A stretch of 62,751 bases of DNA, counting the filler, from Basidiobolus meristosporus CBS 931.73 (taxonomy: Eukaryota > Fungi > Basidiobolomycota), in NCBI GenBank assembly GCA_002104905.1. It is 4 parts of 4 records of this genome, joined end to end, with 100 filler letters (N's around TTAATTAATTAA, not from the genome) between each part and the next. Parts side by side here need not be neighbours in the genome. Positions count along the whole stretch, not along the records: positions 45,581 to 59,184 come from MCFE01001199.1; positions 59,285 to 62,751 come from MCFE01001366.1; 2 more parts are not named here. One strand, given 5' to 3'. The notes beneath the pieces were generated by a model that ran no database searches, was not told where the DNA came from, and was given only the letters and a program-made list of their open reading frames with translations. Shown here one piece after another: positions 50,388 to 61,444 of this stretch; position 1 is the first letter of the stretch; every line of letters starts with the position of its first letter. The position numbers and the translations under genes were made by a program.

Positions 50388-51590
50388 GGCTATTGAGTAA
50401 TGGATTTACGAATGAAGTAGACTTGCCCATACACCCTCATATTTATACTTCTCCACACAACTGTAAATCCAGTGTATGAACTGATGAGAAATCGAGCCCT
50501 AAAATGGGAATTGCACCAAACCCTATGAAGACATCGCTCTGTTTGGAAGAGCTCTTGGAGCAGAGGCCAGTGGAGAAGTATATTCCATCACAAATCTTCC
50601 CCGTATTTGGTTGAAGACTTATCTGATTGACAATATATGAGATATCGATATCAAATCTCAACCGCATTTGGTAGATATCTGGTTTTATCTGATCCACAGT
50701 GCTGAACAACTGAGTGTATTATTCACTCGACCATCTGATTACCTTGCTGATACTCTTAATTTGCCATCGTTTACTTGATGACTATATGTATATGTATTCA
50801 ATGGATCCAGGCTTGGTAATAACCCTGTTCAGGTGATGCTTTCAAGTGAGGTAAAGAGATAGTCGCTCATCGACAATTATATGAGCAATTTCATGGAATC
50901 GAAGGAATACTTCATATTCCGATTACCAGAGTCTCCCAATGGGTACAAATCGAGAATCTCAGCCATTATACTGACTATCTGTTTCTGCAATTGTTATCGT
51001 TACGGTGTGACACTGTTGCGAATCTTGTTCACCGCTCTCACATTATGATTAGGGAGCGATGGTGTTTCAAATACGGTTATAATACGAATTACCCTCGTGA
51101 GATGGTAGGGGTATATTCGATATTAAAATCGTAGGATGAACGCTCTCTATGCAGGCAACTATTAGGAACTCGGCAGTGGTAAATGAGTTCAAATTTTGTT
51201 ATCGGCTTCCGTATTAAACTTGAAAATGTTAGTGATCACGAATTCGATTACCTCAAATCCTTCCCCTGAAAGGATGGTGTGCTTCCGACTTGGATAGCTA
51301 TGGTGAGGATATCATGAATTTAGTAGTGGTAAATAATAATAACAAGCCAGTAAAAGCGGTGACTACGGGCAGTGCGGAGTGAACGGCTACGATGCCATTG
51401 AATATCTCTTAACCAGCTCCATGAGCGCGTATTACCACAGGGATGGGCTGGTATCACTATTTAATGCTTTAAACTTGAGAAAAACATCACTTGATTGTGT
51501 ATGTGTGAATTTTATTATTACGTTGGCTTGGCTAATGATTGGATTTATATTACATGATGGCGATGTGTGGAATGCAAGTGATGGATGGCT

Positions 51591-53274
51591 CTAAAGCAAC
51601 ATTCCAGCAATAGTGGCACTCATCAGTGTGGACATCGTGCCACACAACATCGCTGAGAAGGCGAGCTCGGCCAGATCCTTCTTGCGACTAGGTGCCATAG
51701 CCCCCAAGGCACCAATCTGGATACCGATGGATCCGAAATTGGCGAATCCGCACAGGCAGTAAATGCCCAGTGATGCTGTTCTCTGCTCCAAGGCCCCCGA
51801 GGTGGTGAGGTTGGCGAGCTCGGCGAACGCGGCGAACTCGTTCACAAACATCTTGGTGGCCATCAGGCGAGCGACAGTGAGGAGATCTCTGTTTGGGATG
51901 CCAACCAGCCACATGAAAGGATAGAACAGGTAGCCAACGATGAACTCCAGGGTGAGGTTGTCGATGTTGAAGAAGTTTCCGACCCAGGTGAGGAACGAGT
52001 TGACCAGCGCAAGCAATGAGATGAACGAGATGACAGTGGCTAGAATCAGCAAAGCCAAGTGGATACCCTGGGCAGCTCCGTTGGAGGCAGCATGGAGGAA
52101 ATTGGCCTCCTTGTCTTCACTCTCGGGGATTCTCACCTTGCCCTTGGTGACTGGCTCACCAGTCTCCGGGTAGCGCATTTTGGAGATGGCAAGACCGCAA
52201 GGAACCGACATCACACACGAGGTGATCAAGGTCTGTGCATCGACCTTCATTGAGATGAAGGCAACCAGCACAGAGCCGGAGATGGTGGCAAAGCCAGAGG
52301 TCATGGCCGAGTGAAGCTCACTGCGAGTAAGGGTTTCCAAGAATGGCAGGATCAGTAAGGATGATTCGCCCATGCCAACGAATGGCGAGGCAGCAGCGAC
52401 CACAGACTCAGCTCCACTGGTGCCCATGAGTCTGACCATCAACCAGGCGAACTTTCGGACGATCCATTGCATACCACCGAGATAGTACACTACCTTGACA
52501 ATGGCCGCGAAGAAGATCACAGCTGGCAACACGGTGAACACAAAGATGCCGATGTTGGCGATGTCGTCGTTGGTTACGAACGACAGGCCTGATTTGGAGA
52601 AATGAAGCAGAGTGGAGCACATGTTCGAGAGCCAGCTGAAGATGTCATAGCCGACAGAGGTCTTGAGGATGAACAAGCCGAGAAGGAACTGGAGCAAAAC
52701 ACCCACGACGACAGTTCTCCAGGGGATGAGCTTGCGGTTGTTCGACGTGGCAAACAGAACGCCAATGAATATCACCAGCCCCAGGAGAGATCTCAACCGA
52801 TCCATACGGGTACTGTGACCCTCTTGGATGGGAAGCGCCAAGGTGACTGAAACGATCAAGCCGACAGGAAGCAGAACGCCCAGGACAAGACGGATCTTCT
52901 CGGGGATGGCAAAGACGACCTTGAAGATGGCACCAAAGAACATGCCCAACGGCTTGGAAAGAATCCTGGTGGTAACGTGGTAGAACATAAGCTTTAAGGA
53001 GACAAAGGCCCACAGAAGGGACAGGACCAGGGAATCCTTTCCGTGCAATATCCAGGCACCGATCATCAATCCGGTGATGACCAGAAACATCAATAGATGG
53101 AACCATAAGCGAAAGCGACGGTAGAATGATTGTGGCTGATCCTCCGTTGAGGTGTCGATCTCCTTCTTCTCCTCAGGGTAGGTGTCGTTGGCACTTACTG
53201 GAAGAAAGGAGGGAGGGTGTGATTCGGAGCTCCTTCGCACTTCTGGTGCCTCACAAGAGTTGATTTGAGTTCAT
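51591..53274 (-). pseudogene. CNT copy 2 with a +1 frameshift after codon 4 (pseudogene, re-initiating allele or sequencing error)
   Basis: ATG AAC TCA AAT CAA CTC TTG TGA versus ATG AAC TCG AAT AAC TCT TGT GAA in copy 1. Span is 1684 vs 1683 bp. The rest of the protein is identical. Confidence 0.8.
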
Positions 53275-54493
53275 GATGAGATAGTTATTGTTAATGAGGA
53301 ATACTAATGAAATCATTCGATATTTATATTTGCTTACACAACCCTGCTCATGTCAAGGTAAATCTTGCCTCTTTTGGAAATCGCTTAGAATACATAGTAT
53401 TCGATCAAACCTAGTGATTACTTATTTCTTAAAAGTACGATCGATGATTATGATTAATCGAATATCGAACCTAATATAGTCTTATTGCAAGTGTAAATTA
53501 AGCAAGGAGGATTCATGGGATAAAGTGGTATAGAACTTGGATAGAGCTTAAAGCCATATTCTCTTTCAGGAAATACCACCTATTCTTTGGATCGTTGCTA
53601 CTTCGGAAGGACCGCTACCTAGTCAGCTCGGTTCAATTGTCGTATTGTGGTCTTTAATAGTCAATATTACATCCCGAAGCTGCCCAATATCTAGATCGAA
53701 AGAGCACATAAGCTAGACATCATTGTTTTCCATTGTTATTAGAACCTCCACATGGTGAACAGTACCTTCAGTATGGAAAGAATGTCAAGAGGGAAATACC
53801 TAGAATCCAAATGTAAATACGAGATAGAAACCTCGAATCAGAAATGGAGATATTGTAGGGGAGAGTATTCCTGGAGTGGGAGCACCATTTGGAAGCCAAC
53901 ATGGCCATGTCCTCGGAGGTTTGTAGCAACATTTGTGGATAGGGATGTTTACCAGGAAAATAATGCCCTAAGTTAACTGCTGATCATATGTCTATATAAG
54001 GTGGTTGCTTTGGGTTTTTGCGCACCGACATTTACATATTTAGCCCCTTGCTACAGAGTTTAAAGAATCGAAATATACATTAGAAACAAAGTCCAATCAT
54101 CACTAAATTCATTTTCAGCGAGGTGTACTTTCACAAAAAACGGTTTTGGAACCATTATGTGCAAAATATTGACTCATACTACGCGAAGAGTGCACACAGG
54201 ATTGGCACATCTCACGCGTAGTCAGTTATTTCATTGCCATAAGCAATGGCGGCTGATCAATGTATAAACGCTTATCAAATCAATCCAAAAATAATATTAT
54301 GGGATGTTGACGCAGACTAGATGAGAATATTTACAAATGTATATTCTTTGGTAAATGGCTATAAAAGCAACTCCGATTTATTTTGATCAACTCATCTACG
54401 CTGATAGTCAAAATACAACCAACAATAGATGGAGATTATTGATAGTAGCGGACATTAGTAGATACAATTACCGTTGAGCCACTAGTAGATGTG

Positions 54494-54674
54494 GACAAAG
54501 CAAACTCAATGATATAAAGACAGAAATACTTCTTCCAAGGTAGACGTCGACAAAGCAAACTCAATGATATAAAGACAGAAATACTTCTTCCAAGGTAGAC
54601 GTCGACAAAGCAAACTCAATGATATAAAGACAGAAATACTTCTTCCAAGGTAGACGTCGACAAAGCAAACTCAA
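54494..54674. repeat. Perfect 55-bp tandem repeat x3 plus 16-bp partial, overlapping the ABCA stop codon
   Basis: Unit gacaaagcaaactcaatgatataaagacagaaatacttcttccaaggtagacgtc at 54494, 54549 and 54604. Confidence 0.97.
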
Positions 54675-57332
54675 CAACACCATAGTTCTCATTCTTACAT
54701 AACCCCTCCAATGCTTCAAAGAAATCGGGATAGGCCTCTTGATTATCGGGGAGTAAATAAGTAATATTATGGGCCGAGTTCTCCAGTACTTCCGCTGTTG
54801 CAATGAAGGACTGAATAAACTGCGTAAGCCCGTCCTGATCAAACAGTCCATTTTTTATTAGACTGAGACGGTACCCCGTACCAAATCGATCCTTCAAGAA
54901 GAGAGGGCTTCCAAGGGCTTTAAGCTTGCCTTTTGACATGATAGCTACCCGATCACCTAGTATATCTGCCTCCTCCATACTGTGTGTTGTTAGTATGATA
55001 ACTTTGTTTTCTTTGCTATCCTGGATTAGCTGCCAGATGGTGTTTCTCGAGTAAACATCCATACCAGAGGTTGGTTCATCCAGAACAACAATGGAAGGGT
55101 TTCCCAAAAGCGCAATGGCTAGACTGAGTTTCCGCTTCATCCCAACACTGTAAGACCCAGCTTTTTCGATGCATTTTGACGCCAGCGAGACATCTTCCAT
55201 CAATGCAAAGATATACTCCTTTTGTAGAGCATCCGGATCACCTGAGACTACAGTCCCATCTGCCTCGATCTTGCCAAGAACGCGGAGCCCACGCACAGCA
55301 GCAAACAGCTCTAAATGCTCAACCGCTGAGAAAACATCAAGTAGTACATCGGATTGTCGGCAGACTCCAAGAAGCTTTTGAACCTCAAACGTGATGCCGA
55401 TGTTAGGGCTTTGGTTTTTACGTGTAGGCAACGTTTGGCCAAAAATTGAGATGGATCCATCATCGGGGAGCATCAGGCATGATAGCATAGATATGACAGT
55501 TGTTTTCCCGGCACCGTTGGAGCCCAAAAGCGCCAGTACCTGACCCCGATTCAGATCAATGTCCAGGCTATCGACAGCATGGATTTTCTGTCCGCTTCCT
55601 ACAGCATAGGTCTTCTGTAGGTCCGAGATCAAGATGGCCCCACGATCCTGTGGAGCAATGGAACTAACATCCTGTGATTCGAACATGTGCCTGTCCTCTT
55701 CCCTAACCTTTCTAGTAGCCCATAACTCACTACCATTAACGGCGCTGACGGTATCACTAAACCTCACACGTTTCCAGTAGCTGGGGTTAAACAAGAAATT
55801 CCAAGGCAGCCCAATCCCTTCCTTACCAGGTTTCAGGTGATCCGCATACCAGGCCACGAATAAGTACAAGAAGGGATCCACCACAAGCATCAGCATGGCG
55901 ACATACAATGGAGTCCCATGCATGGGATGGTTCATCTCATTAGTGGTATCATATCTGATCAACGCAACTACCTGACCAATAGCGATCGGCGGAAACAGTA
56001 ATGCCAATCTCGAGATAGCCCATGATAGTCTCCGAACTCCAAGAAGCTCGAACCATACAGATACTACAGCAGAAGCAAAGACGAAAACAGTGGCAGCTAT
56101 GGGACCGGTGTGCGTTTCATTGAAGATCAGGGATAAAATGGCCGACAGCGCAATCATCGAGAGTGCATAGAAGCATAGCGCGAATAATACCTGCCAGGCC
56201 ATAACTGAGCTTAGCACTGCCCTGAAATGAAGAAGAGCAACTATTGTGGCAATAGGGAGCAGCGTGAAGATGACCAAACTCGACCAGACTGCAGCAAGAT
56301 AAACGGAGTGATCAAGCCCCATCATAAGCATGGTCCCTTTGATTAAGGACTTCTTGTCCTCGTTCAATATGCTGATGTAGTGGACGAGTAACATCTGGAA
56401 TGCGCCTATTACGTAGAATATAGTCAGCGTAGATATCACAAATCTGTTCATTCTGTTGGACTCCAAGGCAGTATAGGAAATGAACCATTGCCCGATTCCG
56501 CTGGTTGCTTTCTTATCGAAGACCGTTCCTTTTGCTGGGAGTGGGGAAGAAAGCAATGCCTGACCAGCTGCTTGTCGACGGACGTTGGTGATTGCCCGCT
56601 CGATGTATGCTTGAATAGTCAGTGACTTGGACGTAAATAAGCTCGCAATATTGTGCATTGAATAGGCTAAATGTATCTCATACGATGCAGGCTGTCAAGG
56701 GAATTGTTAGTATATATATATATATAGTGCATGAGACTAGCGTCTTTCGCTTGGATACCCTACCTGGCTCGTGTCACAATCATTCAAGGTCATTCCCACC
56801 ACCAGAGAGGATGGATCTTGATTTCTATGGCTCACCAACTCATCAAAGCTGGAAAATTGCCGAGTGGTGACGATACTCGGCTCAGAATACTCCAAAAATC
56901 GTTGAAGATGCCGTAGCGTTTCTTGGTTGGCCCCATTACTGACGTAGCCTATATGAACACAGCTATGATGGCTCGCAGAGCAAGCACTCTCCGTTAGCGG
57001 TGATAGTGGCTTAACATCGAGAACTTGGGAAAGATAAGAGATTATCTGACTGCATCATGGAAGGGAAATCAGAGGGAATATAACCTGCCGGGGTAAATAC
57101 GTATAAAAGAAAGAACAGTCCTATGGCCATATTCATCGGCTGATGGCAAATATTCAGTAAGATGGTGAGCAAAGCCATTGAATCTTCCTACCATTATGAA
57201 GAAATTGTACAAAGAGACTTTGTCTCGAGTGTTCCGAAGCACCTGCATCCTGAGCACCGCTTTGAACTGCTTCCATTTGGAAGGCTCACTGACTGTTTTG
57301 TAACTTGCTATTGAGCTTCTTTTTCGCTCCAT
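54616..57332 (-). CDS. Half-size ABCA-family transporter (TMD-NBD-regulatory domain), about 845 aa. Proposed exons 57332-57192, 57139-57101, 57045-56764, 56691-54616
   Basis: GT-AG introns of 52, 55 and 72 nt keep the frame open (intron 3 has a TACTAAC branch point). N-terminal KWKQFKAVLRMQVLRNTRD, Walker A GSNGAGKTT, YSVGMKRKLSLAIAL, LDEPTSGMD, LTTHSMEEAD, GSPLFLKDRFGTGY and STLEEVFL motifs. Confidence 0.88.
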
Positions 57333-57604
57333 GATATCGCAAAGGATTGAAGTCAAGGAATATATAGCCAGATGAAAACCCTGAGAGTAGTCATGGGTTT
57401 GTACAATTTCAATTGGTCCTACTACAGACCTTCTCATTAGAAATAAGTGCTGTCACATCACAACTACAATCATGTGCACTATTTCTATATGTGGCTCTGT
57501 GGCTTAGCTCGTCCTACTGTTACTCCACATCCTAACGCTAATCAGAGGGCTCATTGGAATCATACAAATACTTATACTCCAGACCAAGTTTCCGATCAAT
57601 CAAC
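57333..57604. promoter_or_regulatory. Putative bidirectional promoter between two ABCA genes
   Basis: 272 bp between divergent ATGs. No specific motif identified. Confidence 0.5.
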
Positions 57605-59184
57605 ATGACGATGTCAACCCCAAGTCCCATTCCGTTTGGCACCCAAGTGAAGATCAATCTTTTACTTAATCTGAGGCTTATCGTTCGTAGAATCTTGAGT
57701 GAGATTTCAGGTACATTTAATACGGACTACAACTAGGAATGCGGCACTAATTGCTCCCATGAAGTCCTTGCCACACCCGTCATATATATTGCTATTGCAT
57801 TTATGATAGTAAGATCTGTTGGTGCTAGTCAGTGGTAAGCCGTCAACATTAACGTTTTAAGGCTAATGCAGGTCAAAGCCTACCGGTCGAGTCTGTTTCA
57901 TGGTAAATGCTCACCCAGCACACCACAGTGAGCCATACTAATCGAAATAAACAGGCCGATCATCTCTCCGCACAGCAACACTCCCTTTTCCTCCAGATTC
58001 AACCCTGGAATCGTACTAAATCCAGGAATCACCGACGAATTCTGGAACCAACAGTTGCTCCCAAACTATATCGCGGTACAAGATAACAGGACTCGAAACC
58101 CCACCTTAAAATTCAACCACTACAGCTCCATTAGTGAAATCATACAACTCGACGACCAACTCAATGCTTACAATGGCCAAGAAGTGTCGGAGTTGGGCTT
58201 CGAGTTGAACCAGATCAAAGAAGGGCGAAACCAGCTCGACTTCGGCTACACTGTGTTCTACCGAAGCTATCAAGCTATATTCCTCCCTTGGCTTGTTTCA
58301 AATATGGAGGCAGCAATCCAGAGTACTTACAGCAAAAATCAACGGACGGCTACAATGAGTAATGTCACTTACAGAACTTTGCCAACCGCTACTTCAGAAA
58401 AGCTGGTCGATGAAATGGGGACGATCTCTGCATTTATAGTTTACGGTATTGTTCCAAGAGCATATCAGTATTGTTGTTAGCAACTGAACCCATTCTAGCC
58501 TTGGCTACCCTCTTGATCACATACGTAACGAATGTGGTACGTGAGCGCGAGCAAGGTCAAAAGCAACTACTACTCTTGGGTGGTCTGGACGCCCGGGCCT
58601 ATTTTGCCGCCGCTTTCATTAAAGACTTCATGGCCTATCTTGTAGTGATAATAGTGTTGTTGCTCTTCACACGAGTTGAATCGATATCGGCATTTTTGGA
58701 ATCCAGCGCTGTAAGCTATTCGCTACTTCTGGTATTGTCTGGGCCGCCGCTCATCTTGATGGGATACGCACTTTCATACAGGTTTGAAAAAAGTAAATCC
58801 GTTGGGGTATCCATGAGTCTTTTGATTTTCTGGATTATATGCTTTCCATATGTCCTGAGCGACCATCCAAGCCTATTCACCATCTGTAGCTTGACTTTTA
58901 TCTTCCCCACCATTGCGCTGAAGTATGGCTTGAGTGTACGTATCCATAGCGCCAATCTTGTCAGTGTCTGGCAGTATTCAAAGTCTCTGACGTTGTAGGA
59001 GCTGCAAATTGCCTGGACCAGGGGCCATCCGTACTCGATACCCATGGTTTTCGACATCCGCTATCCCCTTCTTCCCATACTATTAACGTTGATCGCCAGC
59101 ACAGCATTTTACGCCTTCTTGCTGGTATGTTTGGAGCAGGCAGGGAACCAACGGCTCTCTTTGATGAAGTTCATATACAAATCC
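57605..59184 (+). CDS. Second ABCA-family gene, multi-exon, TMD portion only (cut by gap; 5' exon structure approximate)
   Basis: MTMSTPSPIPFGTQVKINLLLNLRLIVRR N-terminus and VVREREQGQKQLLLLGGLDARAYFAAAFIKD ABCA TMD motif. Introns at 58446-58480 and 58936-58998 join the ORF pieces. The TMD ends FYAFLLVCLEQ. Confidence 0.8.
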
Positions 59185-59284
59185 NNNNNNNNNNNNNNNN
59201 NNNNNNNNNNNNNNNNNNNNNNNNNNNNTTAATTAATTAANNNNNNNNNNNNNNNNNNNNNNNNNNNNNNNNNNNNNNNNNNNN
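59185..59284. other. Artificial contig linker
   Basis: 44 N + TTAATTAATTAA + 44 N. Confidence 0.98.
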
Positions 59285-60764
59285 GCCCCTTGCTCTTAAG
59301 TGTCTTCCAGAAGTCTAGTGGCATAACACATATCTCTGAGCCACTGTCAATATGGCAGTCAACAGGGTCATCATATATATATCCTTTCACCACAGCAGTT
59401 GCAACTGAGTAAAAGGTCTTATATTCAGTAGTGTTGTCATCCTTTTGGTGGTCTTCATGGTTTGTCTGAATTATATGGGTGTCCATATGTTCAACAGCTT
59501 GTTGTCTTGTTCTAAGCTGCTCATCAAAGGTCTTCCTAACAGATGGGGATACACTCATGATTTCTCCAACCAACAAAGTGAGGTTCTGCTTCAGCAGCTT
59601 CTCAGTAATCAGTTGAGGGCTTGAGTAGCTTGCTATCTTTGAGGTCATCTGAAAGTGAGGCAATGGATCTTGGGTGGGCAGCATACTAGGCCTCTTGTCA
59701 ATAACAACTTCAGGTTCTTCAAATTGTGGTCTTCTAAGGATGGGCTTGGCAGGTTCTTCAGGAAGGTGTCTTTTGGTAGCAAAGGCATCAACTTCGTATT
59801 GTCTGTTGTCAGGGCTGCTTGGATTCACTTTATGAGTCCCAATAGGGGCATCAACAGTAATCTTTCTAGTTGCTGAGTCAGATTTCTGGAAAAGGGCTCT
59901 CATCCCTCCTCTTTGGAAATTAGTGGGAATCCTTCTTCCTTCCTTGTCAGCAAGCATTCCATCAGCATCAAACTGTACTGCTCCTTCTCTGAGTAGCTGA
60001 CTAAGCTCTGAGCATTCTTGTCTGGCATACTGAGTAGAGTCACACCAGATGCAGTACCTGGGCAAAGGTCTTTGTCCCTCAGTGGCAACCTCAGCTGAGC
60101 CATTAATCTTGAGGGCTAGCTCCTGTAGCTGTTCAGCAAGTTGGTCAATTCTGTCGGTAGTGTAGGTCTGATTGTCAGCAGCAGCACTCCTTGGCTCCTT
60201 GGTTGACTGGTCTGGCAGATTAGATGTCAGGAGTCTCATAAAGGTAGAAGTTTGCTTTGCCTCTAGGAGAACATGTTTCATCTCTGCAAAGCAAGTAATG
60301 CCAGACTTGTCATCCTTGGCTGCATGTAAGTCAACTTTCCTTGCCAAGTCCTGGGGAAGCCCTTGTGCAAGGTAAAGTGTCATGGTAAACTCAGTTATAG
60401 CCTGGGACTCTAGGAGTGGCTTGGCCATATCTTCATACTGTTGAATGAACTCTTCAAGTGGTAGCTTGGAAAGTCCAGTTCTTCCAAAGTGCCTGAGGTC
60501 TTCAATTCCATAGTATATCTGGGGTCTACCATACTTGGTCTGTAGGTAGGTCTTCATTAAGGCCCAGTCAGTGAGAATGTCTCCTTGTCTGAGAAGCTTA
60601 GTGGTAATATCATTGGTGCAGTAGTTGGGGAAGTCTTCAGCCATTTCTTGTTCAGATTGGCTGCACATCTTGCAGAGCTTCTCCCATTTGAATATGAAGC
60701 TTTCCACATTCTTTCCCTCAAACTGTGGGGCTCCATGTGAGAGTGGTAATGGCATAGTGATCAT
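59285..60764 (-). CDS. Gypsy family-C gag-protease ORF (uninterrupted to the gap)
   Basis: YCIWCDSTQYARQEC knuckle-like motif, IPTNFQRGGMR (resembles DUF4100-type elements, from recall) and protease HIDSGSEI. Lies downstream of the LTR and PBS. Confidence 0.88.
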
Positions 60765-60882
60765 TTTGGGCAGGTAGGTTGGTGTTGTAATCTTGGTAAT
60801 ATCGGTAGTCTCTTTTCAATAGGTGGATAACAGCTCAAATCTTCAGGTAAATCTTGTTGGGTCCTAGGGAGCTTGTATGAAC

Positions 60883-60900
60883 CCCCCATGTTGGGTGCCA
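60883..60900 (-). promoter_or_regulatory. Primer-binding site TGGCACCCAACATGGGGG (tRNA-Lys type)
   Basis: 4 nt from the LTR end. Matches the tRNA-Lys(CUU) PBS TGGCGCCCAACGTGGGGC at 15/18, and two of the mismatches are CpG>CpA. Confidence 0.8.
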
Positions 60901-60904
60901 ATTA

Positions 60905-61444
60905 TGTGGTGGTGTATAAGTCCAAGGGAGAGATATGTCCAACACTTCTCAAGTGTTTTGTGTGTGGGGTGTTCACTGGGTGCAATAACCTCTGGCAAAA
61001 GCTTGCTAGGAATACTTGGGTTCTGTCTCTAATCTAATGTGAAGGGGAATAAAGACACAAGCTTGTCAAGGGAAAGCTATTGAGCTACAATCCCCAACCT
61101 AGTTGGCGTCTTAACAAAAGTATGTGCTGGGTTCAGCATCCTTTGAGATGACAATGTACTAGAGCTTCCAAAGTCAAAACAACTGTAAACTCCACCAGCA
61201 GGGACTTGATAATAATGCAGCTGTGGTCAATATTTACAAAGACAGAAAAGTATCTTTGCCTGTACAAGAACAAACTTGGGAAAGAATCAAATATAATAAA
61301 AGATACCTACTCTGAATATTCCTCACAAGTAGTGCCTCCAAGGTCAGTTGGCTGTCAGCATGGTTTCCTGGGAGTGTCCTGTGGTCTGGGGTTGGAAGTT
61401 CAGGTAGCAGCAGGTAGCAGTGATCACACTAATCAACAAGTCGG
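60905..61444 (-). mobile_element. Family-C 5' LTR, interrupted at tcgg by a sister element
   Basis: Collinear with 61445-61984, then stops. Confidence 0.9.

Noticed and set aside
46759-53106. Many 60-180 aa ORFs overlapping the CNT and globin genes
   Set aside because: Shadow frames of GC-rich coding sequence.
54494-54674. CRISPR-like array
   Set aside because: Contiguous 55-bp units with no spacers, derived from ABCA coding sequence, in a eukaryotic context.
56711-56726. (TA)n microsatellite
   Set aside because: Ordinary short intronic repeat.
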